Shown here piece after piece: positions 1 to 11,589 of a stretch of DNA of 64,000 nucleotides. Every line of letters begins with the position of its first letter. The first letter of the stretch is position 1. Under the pieces are notes generated by a model. It saw only the letters and a program-made list of their open reading frames with translations. It ran no database searches and was not told where the DNA came from. The position numbers and the translations under genes were made by a program. This DNA is from Felis catus (taxonomy: Eukaryota). The DNA is taken from positions 33,296,001 to 33,360,000 of the forward strand of contig NC_058368.1 in assembly GCF_018350175.1 (NCBI RefSeq), given 5' to 3'.

Positions 1-208
1 TCCATTCTCTGGATATACCATAGATTATTTATCCATTTACTTACTGAAAGATATCTTGGTTCCTTCCAAACTTTGGTAATTATGAATGAAACTACCACAA
101 ACATCTGTGTGCAGGATTCTGTGTGGACATTCATTTTCAGGTCTTTGGGTGAATACCAAGGAGTGTGATTGCTGGATCAGATGGTAAGAGTATATTTCCT
201 TTTATAAG

Positions 209-229
209 AAACTGTCTATCTTAAAACAA

Positions 230-284
<55 letters not shown>

Positions 285-314
285 CTGTCTATCTTTAAAA
301 AAGAGAAAGAGGAA

Positions 315-362
<48 letters not shown>

Positions 363-484
363 AGCTATGTAAAAAAGAAAGAGAAAAAGAAAGAAAGAAA
401 AAGACAGGAAGGAAGGAAGGAAGGAAGGAAGGAAGGAAGGAAGGAAGGAAGGAAGCTGTCTATCTTAACAAAAAGAGAAAGAAA

Positions 485-528
<44 letters not shown>

Positions 529-633
529 AAAAGAAAAGAAAGAAAAACTGTCTATGGAAGGAAAGAAAAAATAAAGAGAAAGACAGAAAGGAAGAAAAAA
601 GAAAGCTGTATATCTTTAAAAACGAGAAAGAAA

Positions 634-685
<52 letters not shown>

Positions 686-700
686 AACTTACTATCTTCC
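209..700 (+). repeat. Compound purine repeat: (GA)n, (GAAA)n and (GGAA)n blocks separated by ~7 copies of AA(G/A)CTGTCTATCTT
   Basis: Motif copies near 209, 282, 362 (degenerate), 453, 546, 603 and 685 (degenerate). Confidence 0.9.
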
Positions 701-1100
701 AATGTGAGTGTACCATGTTGCATTCCCACCAACAATGAATGAGAGTTCCTCTTGCTTCTACTTATTCTCATCACCATTTGGTACTATAAGTTTTCTAGAT
801 TTTGGCCATTCTAATAAGTATGTAGTGGTATCTTACTGTTTAAATTTGCATTTCCCTGATGACATGTGATGTGGAAAATCTTTTAGGTGCCATATGTGTG
901 TCTTCTTTAGTGAGGTATCTGCTGACTTTTCTAGCCCAATTTTAATTGGGTTATTTGTTTTCTTATTGGTAATTTCTAAGATTTCTTTGTATATTTTGGA
1001 TGACAGTCCTTTATAAGATGTGACTTGAAAGTTTTTTTTATCCCAGGTTGTGACTGGTCTTCTCATTTTGACATTGTCTTTAATAGAGCAGAAGTTTTTA

Positions 1101-1340
1101 GGGGCGCCTGGGTGGGCAGTCGGTTAAGCGTCCGACTTCAGCCAGGTCACGATCTCGCGGTCAGGGAGTTCGAGCCCCACGTCAGGCTCTGGGCTGATGG
1201 CTCGGAGCCTGGAGCCTGTTTCGGATTCTGTGTCTCCCTCTCTCTCTGCCCCTCCCCCATTCATGCTCTGTCTCTCTGTCCCAAAAATAAATAAACGTTG
1301 GAAATCCCTCTCGTTTCCACACACGTTTGAAAAAAAAAAA
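1101..1340 (+). mobile_element. Young CanSINE (SINEC_Fc-type)
   Basis: GGGGCGCCTGGGTGG head, B-box GTTCGAGCCC, CT tract, A tail. TSD AATAG(A/T)GCAGAAGTTTTTA at 1082-1100 and 1339-1357. Confidence 0.97.
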
Positions 1341-2099
1341 TAGTGCAGAAGTTTTTAATTTTACTGAAGATCAACTTATCAAGTCTTTCTTTCATGGGTT
1401 ATTTGTTTGGTGTTGTATTTAAAGATCATCAGCATACCTGGATCATATAGGTTTTCTCCTAAGTTATTTTTTAAGAATTTTATAGTTTTGTCTTTTAAGT
1501 GTAAGTAAACGATCCATTTCAAGTTATGTGAAAGTTGTAACATCAGTGTCTAGATTCATTTTTAAGTGACTGTTTACATTCTATGTTTTTAATTTTCAAC
1601 TTCACTGTGGCCACCCAAATCAGTTTAAAAAAGCTTAGTGTAACAAGAATACATAATATTTATAACTGATACATAATACATATTTGAAAATTATTTGCAC
1701 TAATACATTTCATTTATAGCATAAATGTATATATAAACAAAATATCTGTCTTCTTTGTTACCCAGAATGCATAACCATAGGAAAGAATAATTGCTACACA
1801 TTTACTAATATACTTTGCAGCCATTTATTAAGGACTTCAAGTTAAAACATGCCTATTTCTGTTGTTTTAAATTACTGTCAATGAAGAAAACTCTAGGGCT
1901 GTAAGATGAAGTGGACTCTTTGTGCTTAGAGCTGGAAAAAAAAAAGTTATATTTAGCATTTGCCCACAATGATATCTAAAAGTAAAACATTGTGTTTACT
2001 TAAGCAGGAACTTTGATTCTAAAATGAGTTTCTCTCTCTTATGACATCGTTTTTCCAAACATGGATTACTTCTATTATTATTAACTTACACTTCGAAGT

Positions 2100-2570
2100 C
2101 TCTATCTTTTAGTAAAACAAAATTTCCTGAACAAATTTCCCTTAATCCCGTATTTCCTCTCTGTAATATCTTCTTACTCTATTCTTCACAACAACAATTC
2201 TAGATAGTTGTTCATAGTTTTTGTCTTTATTCCTCCACCTTTACATTTTTTCTCATGTGCTGTATTTGCATTTAGTCCCCCTACTTCACTGAATTGTATT
2301 TATCAGATTACGGAAGGCATCCCTATTGTCCTGGCAAATATCTATTTCTGTTTTCTTATCTATTTTATCTTTCACTTGACACATGGGTTTGATATATTTT
2401 CCCATGTGCACCTTTGTGAAACATTTTCTTTCCTTAGCCTTCTTGATACTATACTCACCTTGTGTTTCTCTCTATTTCATTCACTATTCACTCTTTAATT
2501 TGATACCCTTTGTGCTAATATTCTAATAGTTGGAAGCCCAAGGATGTGTGTTTGATCTCTTTTTCTTCTC
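2100..2570 (+). mobile_element. Degraded L2 fragment
   Basis: 'ctttgtgaaacattttctttccttagccttcttgatactatactcacc' resembles the L2 ORF2 region (recalled consensus). Confidence 0.55.
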
Positions 2571-2597
2571 CATAGGAATAAAGGAAAATAAAAATCT

Positions 2598-2813
2598 TTT
2601 TTTTAATTTTTTTAAGTTTATTTATTTTGAGAGAGACAAAGACTGAGTTGTGGAGGGCCAGAGAGATAGGGGGAGAGAGAGAGAATCCCAAGCAGTCTCC
2701 AAGCTGCCAGTGCAGAGTCTGACATGGTGATTGAACTTATGAAACTGCGAGATCATGATCTGAGCCAAAACCAAGAGTTGGAGGCTTAACTGACTGAGCC
2801 ACCCAGCCGCCCC
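2598..2813 (-). mobile_element. CanSINE
   Basis: Antisense head 'ctgagccacccagccgcccc', GA tract and T tail. Degenerate TSD A(G/A)GAAAA..AAA(A/G)TCTT. Confidence 0.95.
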
Positions 2814-2859
2814 AAGAAAAAGAAAAGTCTTAAGATTTCTTTGAGGAATGTATAAAACT

Positions 2860-3080
2860 GGGGGCACCTGGATGGCTCAGTCGATTAAGTGTCCAAATTT
2901 GGCTCAGATCATGATCAAACAGTTCATGGGTTCAAGCCCTGCATCTGGCTCTGTCCTGACAACTTGGAGCCTGGAGCCTGCTTCGAATTCTGTGTCTCCT
3001 TCTCTCTCTGCCCCTCCTTCTGCTCATGTTCTGCTCTCTCTTTATCTCAAAAACAAATAAACACTAACAAAATTTTTTAA
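2860..3080 (+). mobile_element. CanSINE
   Basis: GGGGCACCTGGATGGCTCAG head, GAGCCTGGAGCCTGC core, CT tract, A-rich tail. Confidence 0.95.
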
Positions 3081-3734
3081 AAAGCTGACTCTAAAATTTA
3101 TATGTAAAAGCAAAAAGCAATGACATCCAAGTAATCTGGAAGCAGTAGCATACATTGCATGTAGATGGCCTTGAATCAGTAGAGATCCATTGTCCAGAGT
3201 GGTGGTTCTAGTAGGTTTATGGTTTTGTGTTTGCTTTGTATTCGTTTTGTAACCAAGATGTAGAATTTGATCCTTCAAAGCAAGGAAACAGTTGACTATA
3301 TTATATGGGAAGTATATTGTTTAGACAAGAACATAGTTAAATATTCATGTAAAAACTGATCCCTGATAGGAGAGAGAACACCATGATATTTCTCAGCTCA
3401 TGTTTGAAGCAGTGATCTCTGGTGACTAATCCATACAAAAACAGGCCATGAGTATCAGTCAGATAATAATAAAAAAAAGAAAGTGATAACATTGTCTATA
3501 ATTAGCTACATCAACCCAGAAGAGAATGGCTTTCTGGTTTCTAAGGGTAGTCTGCCAGAGAACAAGATGAGAGAGTGTAAAATAACTGATGCTTGATTAA
3601 AAGTTTTAATTCCTGCTTCAACCCTTACATGACCTACACTGATTGTCGTTTTGTTTTGTTTTGTTTGTTTGTGTTTAATTGTTTAATGCAGTGGTTTACG
3701 TTTCAAAATGTAAGTGACTCACACAAACGTAAGA

Positions 3735-4228
3735 TAGGAAGAGATTGGTAAAAGGGTACAAAAACTTTCACCTCTAAGATGAGTAATATCTGAAGATCAA
3801 ATATAAAACAAAGTGACTATAGTTCATAACATTGTGTTATAGAATTAAAATTTGCTGAGGGCAGAACTTAAATTTCCTTACCAAAACAAACAACCAGCAA
3901 GTGAATGAATCAGACCAATAAGTATGTGTGGTGACAGGTATGTTAATTAGATAGGAATCATTTTCACAATGTATATCTATATTAAATGACTACCACGTGC
4001 ACTTTAAATATTTTATGACTTTGTTGGGGTGACTGCATAGCTTGGTCTATAAAGTACCCAACTCTTGATTTAGACTCAGGTTGTGTCTCAACGTCATGAG
4101 AGGGTCGTGAGACTGAGCCTGTGGGGAGCATGGAACCTGCTTAAGATTCTCTCTCCTTCTTTGCCTTCCTCCCCACTCACATGTTCTCTCTTTCTCTTTT
4201 GCTAATATATATAGAATATATATAATAC

Positions 4229-4273
<45 letters not shown>

Positions 4274-4315
4274 ATAACTTTGTCACTTATACCTCAATAA
4301 AGCTGAAAAAAAAAG
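3735..4315 (+). mobile_element. L1 3' end (L1MA9/carnivore-like) containing an older SINE plus (TG)n at ~4026-4270
   Basis: 'aaagggtacaaaaactttca...gtgactatagtt...tttgctgag'; ends 'tatacctcaataaagctgaaaaaa'. Inner SINE flanked by TTTTAT(G/A)ACTTTGT at 4011-4024 and 4270-4283. Confidence 0.8.
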
Positions 4316-4350
4316 AGCATTGACAAACACCTAAATTTAAATTATAGCTA

Positions 4351-4575
4351 GGGGTGCCTAGGTGGCTCAGTCAGTTCAGTGTCCGACTTTGGCTCAGGTC
4401 AGGATCTTGTGGTTCCTGAGTTTGAGCCCCACGTTGTGCTCTGTGCAGACAGCTTGGAGCCTGGAGCTTGCTTCAGATTCTGTATCTCCCTTTCTCTCTC
4501 TGTCCCCTTCCCCAGCTCTCTCTCTCTCTCTCAAAAAATGATTAAAACATTAAAAAATGTTTGAAGAATAAAAAA
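4351..4575 (+). mobile_element. CanSINE
   Basis: Full head, core and tail. Perfect TSD TAAATTATAGCTA at 4338-4350 and 4576-4588. Confidence 0.96.
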
Positions 4576-4588
4576 TAAATTATAGCTA

Positions 4589-6150
4589 ACACCATACTTA
4601 ATGGTTAAAAATTTGAAATGTTTGCCCTAAGATTAAGAACAAAAAAGATTTTCTCTCTTACTACTCCTGATCAGCATTGTACTGGAAATCTTAGCTTGTG
4701 CAGAAAGACAAGAAAATAAAGTAGAAGGTATGTAAATTAGTAAGAGGAAATTAAATATGTTTCTCTTTGAAGAAATCCCTAGAATGTAGCTAGGTCCCAG
4801 AATATAGCCTTAATATACAAGATCAATTGCTCTTGTATAATGAGTGAATGACTGGAATTTGAAACATAAAAAAAATATATTTATCATTTAAAATAGCACC
4901 CCAAAATGTAATACATAGATACACATCCAAGAAAATATATGCATATCTATACAACTTTGATGAGAGAAATCAAAGAAAATCTAAATAAATGGAAAGATAT
5001 TCCATGTAAATACATTAAAAGACTCAATACAGTTAAGATATAAGATATTCCCAATTTGATCTATGGAGTCAATGTATACCCAGTTAAAATAGCAAGCTTC
5101 TCCTGGGGTTACTGATTAACAATTTTGATATGACTACACATGTCCGCTGTAATTGAACAATTAAAGGACGGCAGATGATACGGGATGGGTTTCTCATTGT
5201 TGTAGAAATTGATAAATCAGATTAGACAGGGAAGGAAGGTAGAATGCTCTATAGATTACATGAATTATAACTGATTACAGTTGGCGACATTGGTAAGAAC
5301 TTATGCTTTAATAAAGAGGACTACATATAGAAATAGATATAGATATATGTACACACACATAGATGGATGGATAGATCGATCGATCTTTTGCTCTGTCAGC
5401 TGAAGGGGCCTGAAAAGACACTCTATCCCAGTTGCAATAAGTACAAAAAGCACCCTGATACTGGTTTTGAACACCACTCTCCAGTGAAAGGACCCAGCAA
5501 CCTTTGGAGAAATGGCTGATTCTAGGACTGCTGCAGGCAAGATACTAGATTAGCCTGGAACATCTTGTATACCCAGAAAGGAGTTAGTTTTAAAAAAAAA
5601 AAAATCATCTGATCCAGATATGTGAAAGAGACAAGAGAACCCCCTGAAAGTGCTCCCAGTTGTCGAAGCTGGAACAACTTGAGCAACCAAATTAATAAAA
5701 TGGTTTTGATTATCACCCAAAGTATTAAAAATTAAAGTATCTATGAGTCCATATTGCTATAAAGAATTGATTGAATAAACTAATAAATGATGAAAAGGGA
5801 CAAAAGCTCCCATGCAGAAGACTTACAAACCAATTTTGCATTCAATCCTAAAGGAGGGGCAGCATACCTCTTCTCTTATTAAGTGGGGGCTTATGTACTG
5901 TGCTTCCTTCCAGTGAGTACATAAGGGAAGGGAAGGAAACGAGAAAATTTACAGTGGAGCAACGGGTGTTTCAGGCAGGTGATCAAGGTCAATATCAATA
6001 CTCATAATTCATATTGATAGTATATACTCTTGACAGGATGTGAGGAAAGTGGTTACGCCTGTGATCTTTCTCCCTAAACCCATAACTCCAGTGTAAGCAT
6101 GACACCAGAAAAACTCCAACAGAGGCGTATCATACAGTTTGTCTGACTCT
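4589..6150 (+). mobile_element. Old L1 (L1MC/L1MD-like): ORF2 fragment followed by 3'UTR
   Basis: ORF2-like 'gaaatcaaagaaaatctaaataaatggaaagatattccatg'. 3'UTR-like 'ggctgattctaggactg...gcctggaacatcttg' and 'gtgatcaaggtcaatatca...cccataactccagt'. Confidence 0.75.
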
Positions 6151-6199
6151 TCATGTGTATTTTTGGCTTGGTTCCCAAATTCTCACACGACACTCTTTC

Positions 6200-6450
6200 C
6201 AGACTCTCTGACTCTACATAAAATAGCACTCCTCGTCCAGTCTCTGACATCTTCAGTCTCTCTTAATCATTCTTAGTTCACACATCCACTGGCATATAAC
6301 ACATATACTTGTTTATATACTCATTGTCTGTCAATCTCCACAAAAATATAAGCTCTAACAGGACACGACATTAGTTGCTACATTCTCAAGACTTTAAATA
6401 GCACTCGACATGTAGTAGGACTCATTAAATATTTGTTGGGTGAGTGAATT
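6200..6450 (+). mobile_element. L2 3' end
   Basis: Ends 'acatgtagtaggactcattaaatatttgttgggtgagtgaat', the typical L2 tail. Confidence 0.65.
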
Positions 6451-6886
6451 ACTTTCTTCTTCATCTACAATATGAATTTAAGAATTCTAAATTATTGGTT
6501 GTCAGTGGAGTTTAAATTATACTCTTGTTACATGATGGGTCATTGGTAGATATTAGTTTCTTTCACTCTCTGAATTGCTTTACATTCATATTTTATGGAT
6601 AATGTTTATCACAGTATTTACTACTATTGAAATTTCATTAGCCTAGGAATTCAGGCAATGTTAAATTACAGGATAATTCTCTATCCTACTATATAATCTA
6701 AAAAAAAATATCTGCAGCAATTACCTATCTCTTCGGATTGACTTCTTTCTGTCTCATCTATGCAGTGGCCATGGGGAGATTTTAATCTTCTATTGATTCA
6801 ATTCTAGCAAAAAAAAAGTCCTTTAATTATTAAATATGTATTTACTTCTTTACCCAGTTTTTTTATTGTTGTTATGGGGGTTTATT

Positions 6887-7272
6887 TAATTTTTTAAACA
6901 TTTATGAGACAGACTCTGAAGCAGGCTCCAGGCTCTGAGCTGTCAGCACAGAGCCTGACACAGGGCTCAAACTCACAAACCGTGAGATCGTGACCTGAGC
7001 CGAAGTCAGACGCTTAACCCACCGAGCCATCCAGCCATATGGTGGTTTATTAAAAAAATAATAATAATCATAATGTTATTTATTTTTGAGAAAGAGAAAC
7101 AGAGTATGAGCAGGGGAGGGGCAGAGAGAGAGGGAGACACAAAATCTGAAGCAGGATCCAGGCTCTAAGCTGTCAGCACAGAGCCCGAGGCAGGGCTCAA
7201 ACCCATGAACTGTGAGATCATGACCTGAGCCAAAGTTAGATGCTTAACCAACTGAGGCACCCCAGGTGCGCT
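6887..7272 (-). mobile_element. Two tandem CanSINEs (~6887-7037, internally deleted; ~7052-7272)
   Basis: Two antisense SINE cores 'gcaggctccaggctctgagctgtcagcacagagcc'. Three copies of a TGG(G/T)GGTTTATT target. Confidence 0.93.
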
Positions 7273-8134
7273 GGTGGTGGTTTATTTTAAATGATCAACT
7301 CTCAAAAATTTTCTATGACCATTGAAGAGCTTTTTTTTTTTACATGTACTGTAGTATGGACTTGAATTTAGAAGTTTTCAAGTCTCTGATAAAACCATTT
7401 GTACATAAACTGGGATTGTATATCTGAATAGAGAAATCTGTTGTTTTGAAAATATACAGTGCATACTCTTCCTTTTGTTATGTGTGGTGGGCCCAGTTCT
7501 TCCCTTCCATTTCTGTGTCTTATGATTACTTAACAATTTGAAATGAAAAACATATGTGTTCTTCATTTTAAAATCATCACCATCAAAATTATTTAATAGC
7601 AAATAATACTTTTGGTGTTAAAAAAAGGCAATCTATTAAGTTTTGATAAGAAAACAATATAAATTCCATTTATATTTACTTTTATATATTTCATAATAAT
7701 TTCTATCTTGAGGGTATCCTGTAAAAATATAATTTTTTTTAAAAATAATACTTATGTTTCTGATATCTGTCATAATCATTTAAAATATTATTTTATTGTA
7801 TATTTATATATTACTGCTAAAGTCCAAAATGAATGCAGGTTGAAGATCTATACTCTAGATCCCTACTTTAGATATATCTAAAACAGTGCCTGACTTAAAG
7901 TAAATATTCAATAAATGTTGTTGAATTATATTAGAATACAATTATTTTTCTGACTTATTGTACTGTAAAACACTGTGGTTACAGCTCTAAGAAAGATATA
8001 GCCTCCTGTGTTTGTGTATCATTCCTTAATTGATTAGATAATTGTTTGTCGTATGACCCCCCTCCTTATGTTAGGAATTTGGTATGCTAGATTGAATAAA
8101 ACAAGGTTCTCGCCTTTAACCAATTTATATTCTT

Positions 8135-8263
8135 TTGGAAAGAAAAGAAGAGGGCTCTGGGCTGACAGCAGTGAGTCCAATGTGGGTCTTGAACTCACAA
8201 ACTGCAAGAACATGACCTGAGCTGGAGTCAGACACTCAACAGACTGAGCCACCCAGGGGCCCC
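8135..8263 (-). mobile_element. Truncated CanSINE
   Basis: 'ctgagccacccaggggcccc' antisense head; body partly missing. Confidence 0.85.
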
Positions 8264-8515
8264 TACAGTAGATTATTATTCAGCCATAGAAGAAATGAAA
8301 TCATACCATTATGACAACATGGATAGACCTTGAGGGAATTATGCTAAGTGAAATAAGTCAGACAGTAAAAGACAAATACTGCCTAATATAACATATATGA
8401 AATAAAAAAAAGATCCAAACTCTTAGAAACAGAGAGTAGCATGGTGGTTTACCAGGGGCTGTGACAGGGGTAGAAATAGGCAGATGTTGGTCAAAAGGTA
8501 CAAATAAAATTAGCC
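8264..8515 (+). mobile_element. L1 3' fragment
   Basis: 'acaacatggatagaccttgagggaattatgctaagtgaaataagtcagacag'. Confidence 0.85.
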
Positions 8516-8904
8516 ATCTGACTGGGGTGGGACAAAGACAGGAATCAAAGCACTTAGGAGCACTATAAATAACTGTCCTTATCAGGACCATTATCATTTA
8601 TATACTATACTCCAGCCAAAATAAAATGACCTTTGTCTAAACCTGTAAAAGATCTCTACTTGTTTATATATGCTGCTTCTACTGCATGGAATAGTTCTTT
8701 CCCCACAATATATTTATCTATTAACTATTACTGATTCTTTTAAAATTTAAATCTACTGATCACAAATGTCACTCCATTCAAGGTGGGGGGGGGGCACTCC
8801 AGTTTTATTAGAGGGTTTTAATCTCCTACCCATGTTTCTTTTTGACTATAGCCCTTTTGCAAGTTTTTACAAGTCATTTTTTTTTCTTTTTGCTCCCCTC
8901 CACC

Positions 8905-9200
8905 AACCTTATTGAGATATACATTATTGTGTAAGTTTAAGGTGTACAATTTGTTGATTTGATATACTTACATATTGTGATATGATTACCCCCATACCAT
9001 TACCTAACACTTCCATTGTATTACACAGTTACCATTTCTTTCTTCATGTTTAAGGATGTTTAAGATTTATTTTCAGCAACTTTCAGGCACATAAAATACA
9101 GTATCGCTTATTGTATTGTGATATATTGTAATGTAATCTATAACATAATGTGACACATTACATTGCCAGAACTTTTTATCTTCTGACTGGAACTTTGCTA
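8905..9200 (-). mobile_element. L1 3' end (L1MA9-like)
   Basis: 'ttattgagatata...gtaagtttaaggtgtacaa...cagcaactttcagg'. Confidence 0.75.
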
Positions 9201-9893
9201 ATTTTATTTGTTTGCTTGGCTTTCAGGGGAACTAGTATCCACATTTATTATGGAAATTTCTGGTAATTATTTCTACTGTTAGGAAAAAGACTATGTTTGT
9301 CATTTTATCCCTAATGAAATTAATTGTGTTTAATATTGAAGGAAATTTCAAGATACAGAGTCAAAGCCTTGAGAGGATGTTAATAATAAAATTATGATAT
9401 CATGTTTTGATGACTTTTTTATGTTTAGTTTTATAAGCAGGTATAGGGATTTGAATATATATATAAATTACGATCCCTTTCCTTGTATTAAGGAAAGGAA
9501 GAAGGCAGGCAAGCATTGAAGGAAAGAAGGAAGGAAGGAAGGAGAGAGAGAAGAAGGAAAGCAGGCTAGTTTGATAACTTTTAAAAATACAGTCAAGGTA
9601 ATTAATCTGATGGCAGTTTTATTTGAATTGGCCAATTCTTATTGGTAGACCCTAGGCAAATTTGTAACATAGGTCCATTGTGCTTTCACTCAATTATTGC
9701 AATATTCACTTCTGAATTCCATTACTACAGAAATATTCTATTAAATAAAGTATAACCTGGTTGTATGTATCATTCTGTTAACATTTCTTGAGGCCTGACA
9801 ATGTATCAGTGGTGATTACATTTTCTTAGTGGTGAACAAAACAGACTACATTTTGAAATACTAATTTTAAAATTAACCAATTTTTAAGATGCA

Positions 9894-10020
9894 GGGGCAC
9901 CTGGGTGGCTCAGTCGTTAAGTGGTTGACTCTTGATTTTGCCTCAGGTCATGACTCACAGTTTGTGGGATCGAGCCCCACATTGAACTCCTCACTGACAG
10001 TTCAGAGCCTGCTTGGGATC

Positions 10021-10081
<61 letters not shown>

Positions 10082-10135
10082 GCTTGTGCTCTCTCACTCT
10101 CTCTCAAAATAAATAAATAAACTTAAAAAAAAATT
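9894..10135 (+). mobile_element. CanSINE with expanded (CT)n
   Basis: GGGGCACCTGGGTGGCTCAG head, long CT tract, A tail. Confidence 0.95.
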
Positions 10136-11084
10136 TAAGACCCAAAGAAAGGCATATCTAATGGGGAATCTGTATATCCTAAGACAAAAATGGAGGAATT
10201 ATTTGGGCTGGTCTTTTCCCCTTTCTCTTCCAATAATGTTGTGTAGGTTATTGGAAACTCCCACTCTCTATAAGAAATAATTGACAATCTGAACAAGTAC
10301 CAGGCTAGCTAACTACAGATGATATCATGGCTAAGTTCTGATTTTCAAAAAATTTTACACTTATTACCATAGTACCTATCTCTGTAAAAAAGAAAAATTT
10401 TATAGGTATAGACTCCATGTATTAAAGAAAAATAAAATTAATATAATTAATAAAAATGGTTGAAATAAGAAATAATGCAATAAAACTAGTTCTAATGGCA
10501 ACAGTTTATTTATCTCAATAAATAAAATGCATCTCTATTCATCATAGTGAGTGAAGTGACCATAGCTCACTAAAATTTTAATTCTTATTTAATTGAAAAC
10601 TTGAGAGAAATGAAACAAGTTCCTGCTGTTGCTACTTGTAAGATGTCTGTATCTCATACACAAATCCTTTTGATTCCTCTGTGACAATTATGCCTTCTGT
10701 AATATTTTTCTAGGCAGTTATAAATCTCAAATACCAGGTTAAATATTTAAAAATTATAAAATATAACTGAGTTAAAAATAAATGTAAAATATTGTTTCTA
10801 CAATTAATATTGCTGAATCTTCAATATATTATTAGGTTACTGTTTAATGACTTTAGAAACAGTATTGAATTCTCCTTTAGAATTTCAAGTTCCAAGAGTT
10901 GCAAAAACAAATTCTTCTCTTTAGATCCCCAAAACAGTCAAGCACCCCCCCCCCAAAAAAAGCCATGGGATGTTAAATCTCCTAGAATTTGATTGCCTGA
11001 TCAGCCTCATAAATGACCATGATAGCAATGATGCAAGGAAAATATAAGGAAAGATTTGAGTTTTTTATTTTTACATTTGTGAAC

Positions 11085-11325
11085 TTTTTTCCGTTGGTTT
11101 GTTCATTCTTTCTTTCTTTCCTTTTTATTTTTAAGAGAGAGAATGAGAGAGACAGAACATGAGCGGGGGAGGGGTAGAGAGAGAGGGAGACACAGAAACC
11201 AAAGCAGGCTCCAGTCTCTGAGCTGTCAGCACAGAGCCTGATGCAGGGCTCAAACTCGCCAACCCATGAGATCATGACCTGAGCTGAAGATGGATGCTTA
11301 ACCGACTGAACCACCCAAGCACCCC
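11085..11325 (-). mobile_element. CanSINE
   Basis: Antisense core and head 'ctgaaccacccaagcacccc'. Confidence 0.95.
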
Positions 11326-11589
11326 TCCTTAGTTCTATTTAACATAGGACTTTATGATTGCCGTGCTGGCTACTAAATTAAAAAAGTTATTGTTTAATTA
11401 GGCACTGGCAACCTTTTGGTAGACAAATATATTCGAATTCTCCTGAACATATAGGGGAAGATTGTTGCTTCGCGTAAGCTTTGCGTAATACATAATGTTA
11501 ATCGTATATGAAAGTATTTTCTCTTCTCTATTTGTCTACTTATTCTCTATTTGTCTAGCTTATTCCTTCCTGTGGTTTTAGGTGCCACT

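Larger units (their letters stand above)
1..1560 (-). mobile_element. Old L1 3' ORF2/3'UTR fragment, interrupted by a purine minisatellite (~209-700) and a SINE (1101-1340)
   Basis: Antisense L1 motifs such as 'attgctggatca..atggtaagag', 'ttgcattcccaccaacaatgaatgagagttcc' and 'gcagaagtttttaatt'. Same motif order as the 41.7-42.7 kb part of the full-length L1. Confidence 0.85.

Noticed and set aside
1025..1324. Recurrent ORF family (…EPGACFGFCVSLSLCPSP…), also at ~2889, 4379, 10982, 16873, 33919, 49547 and 51251
   Set aside because: These are translations of CanSINE bodies, not genes.
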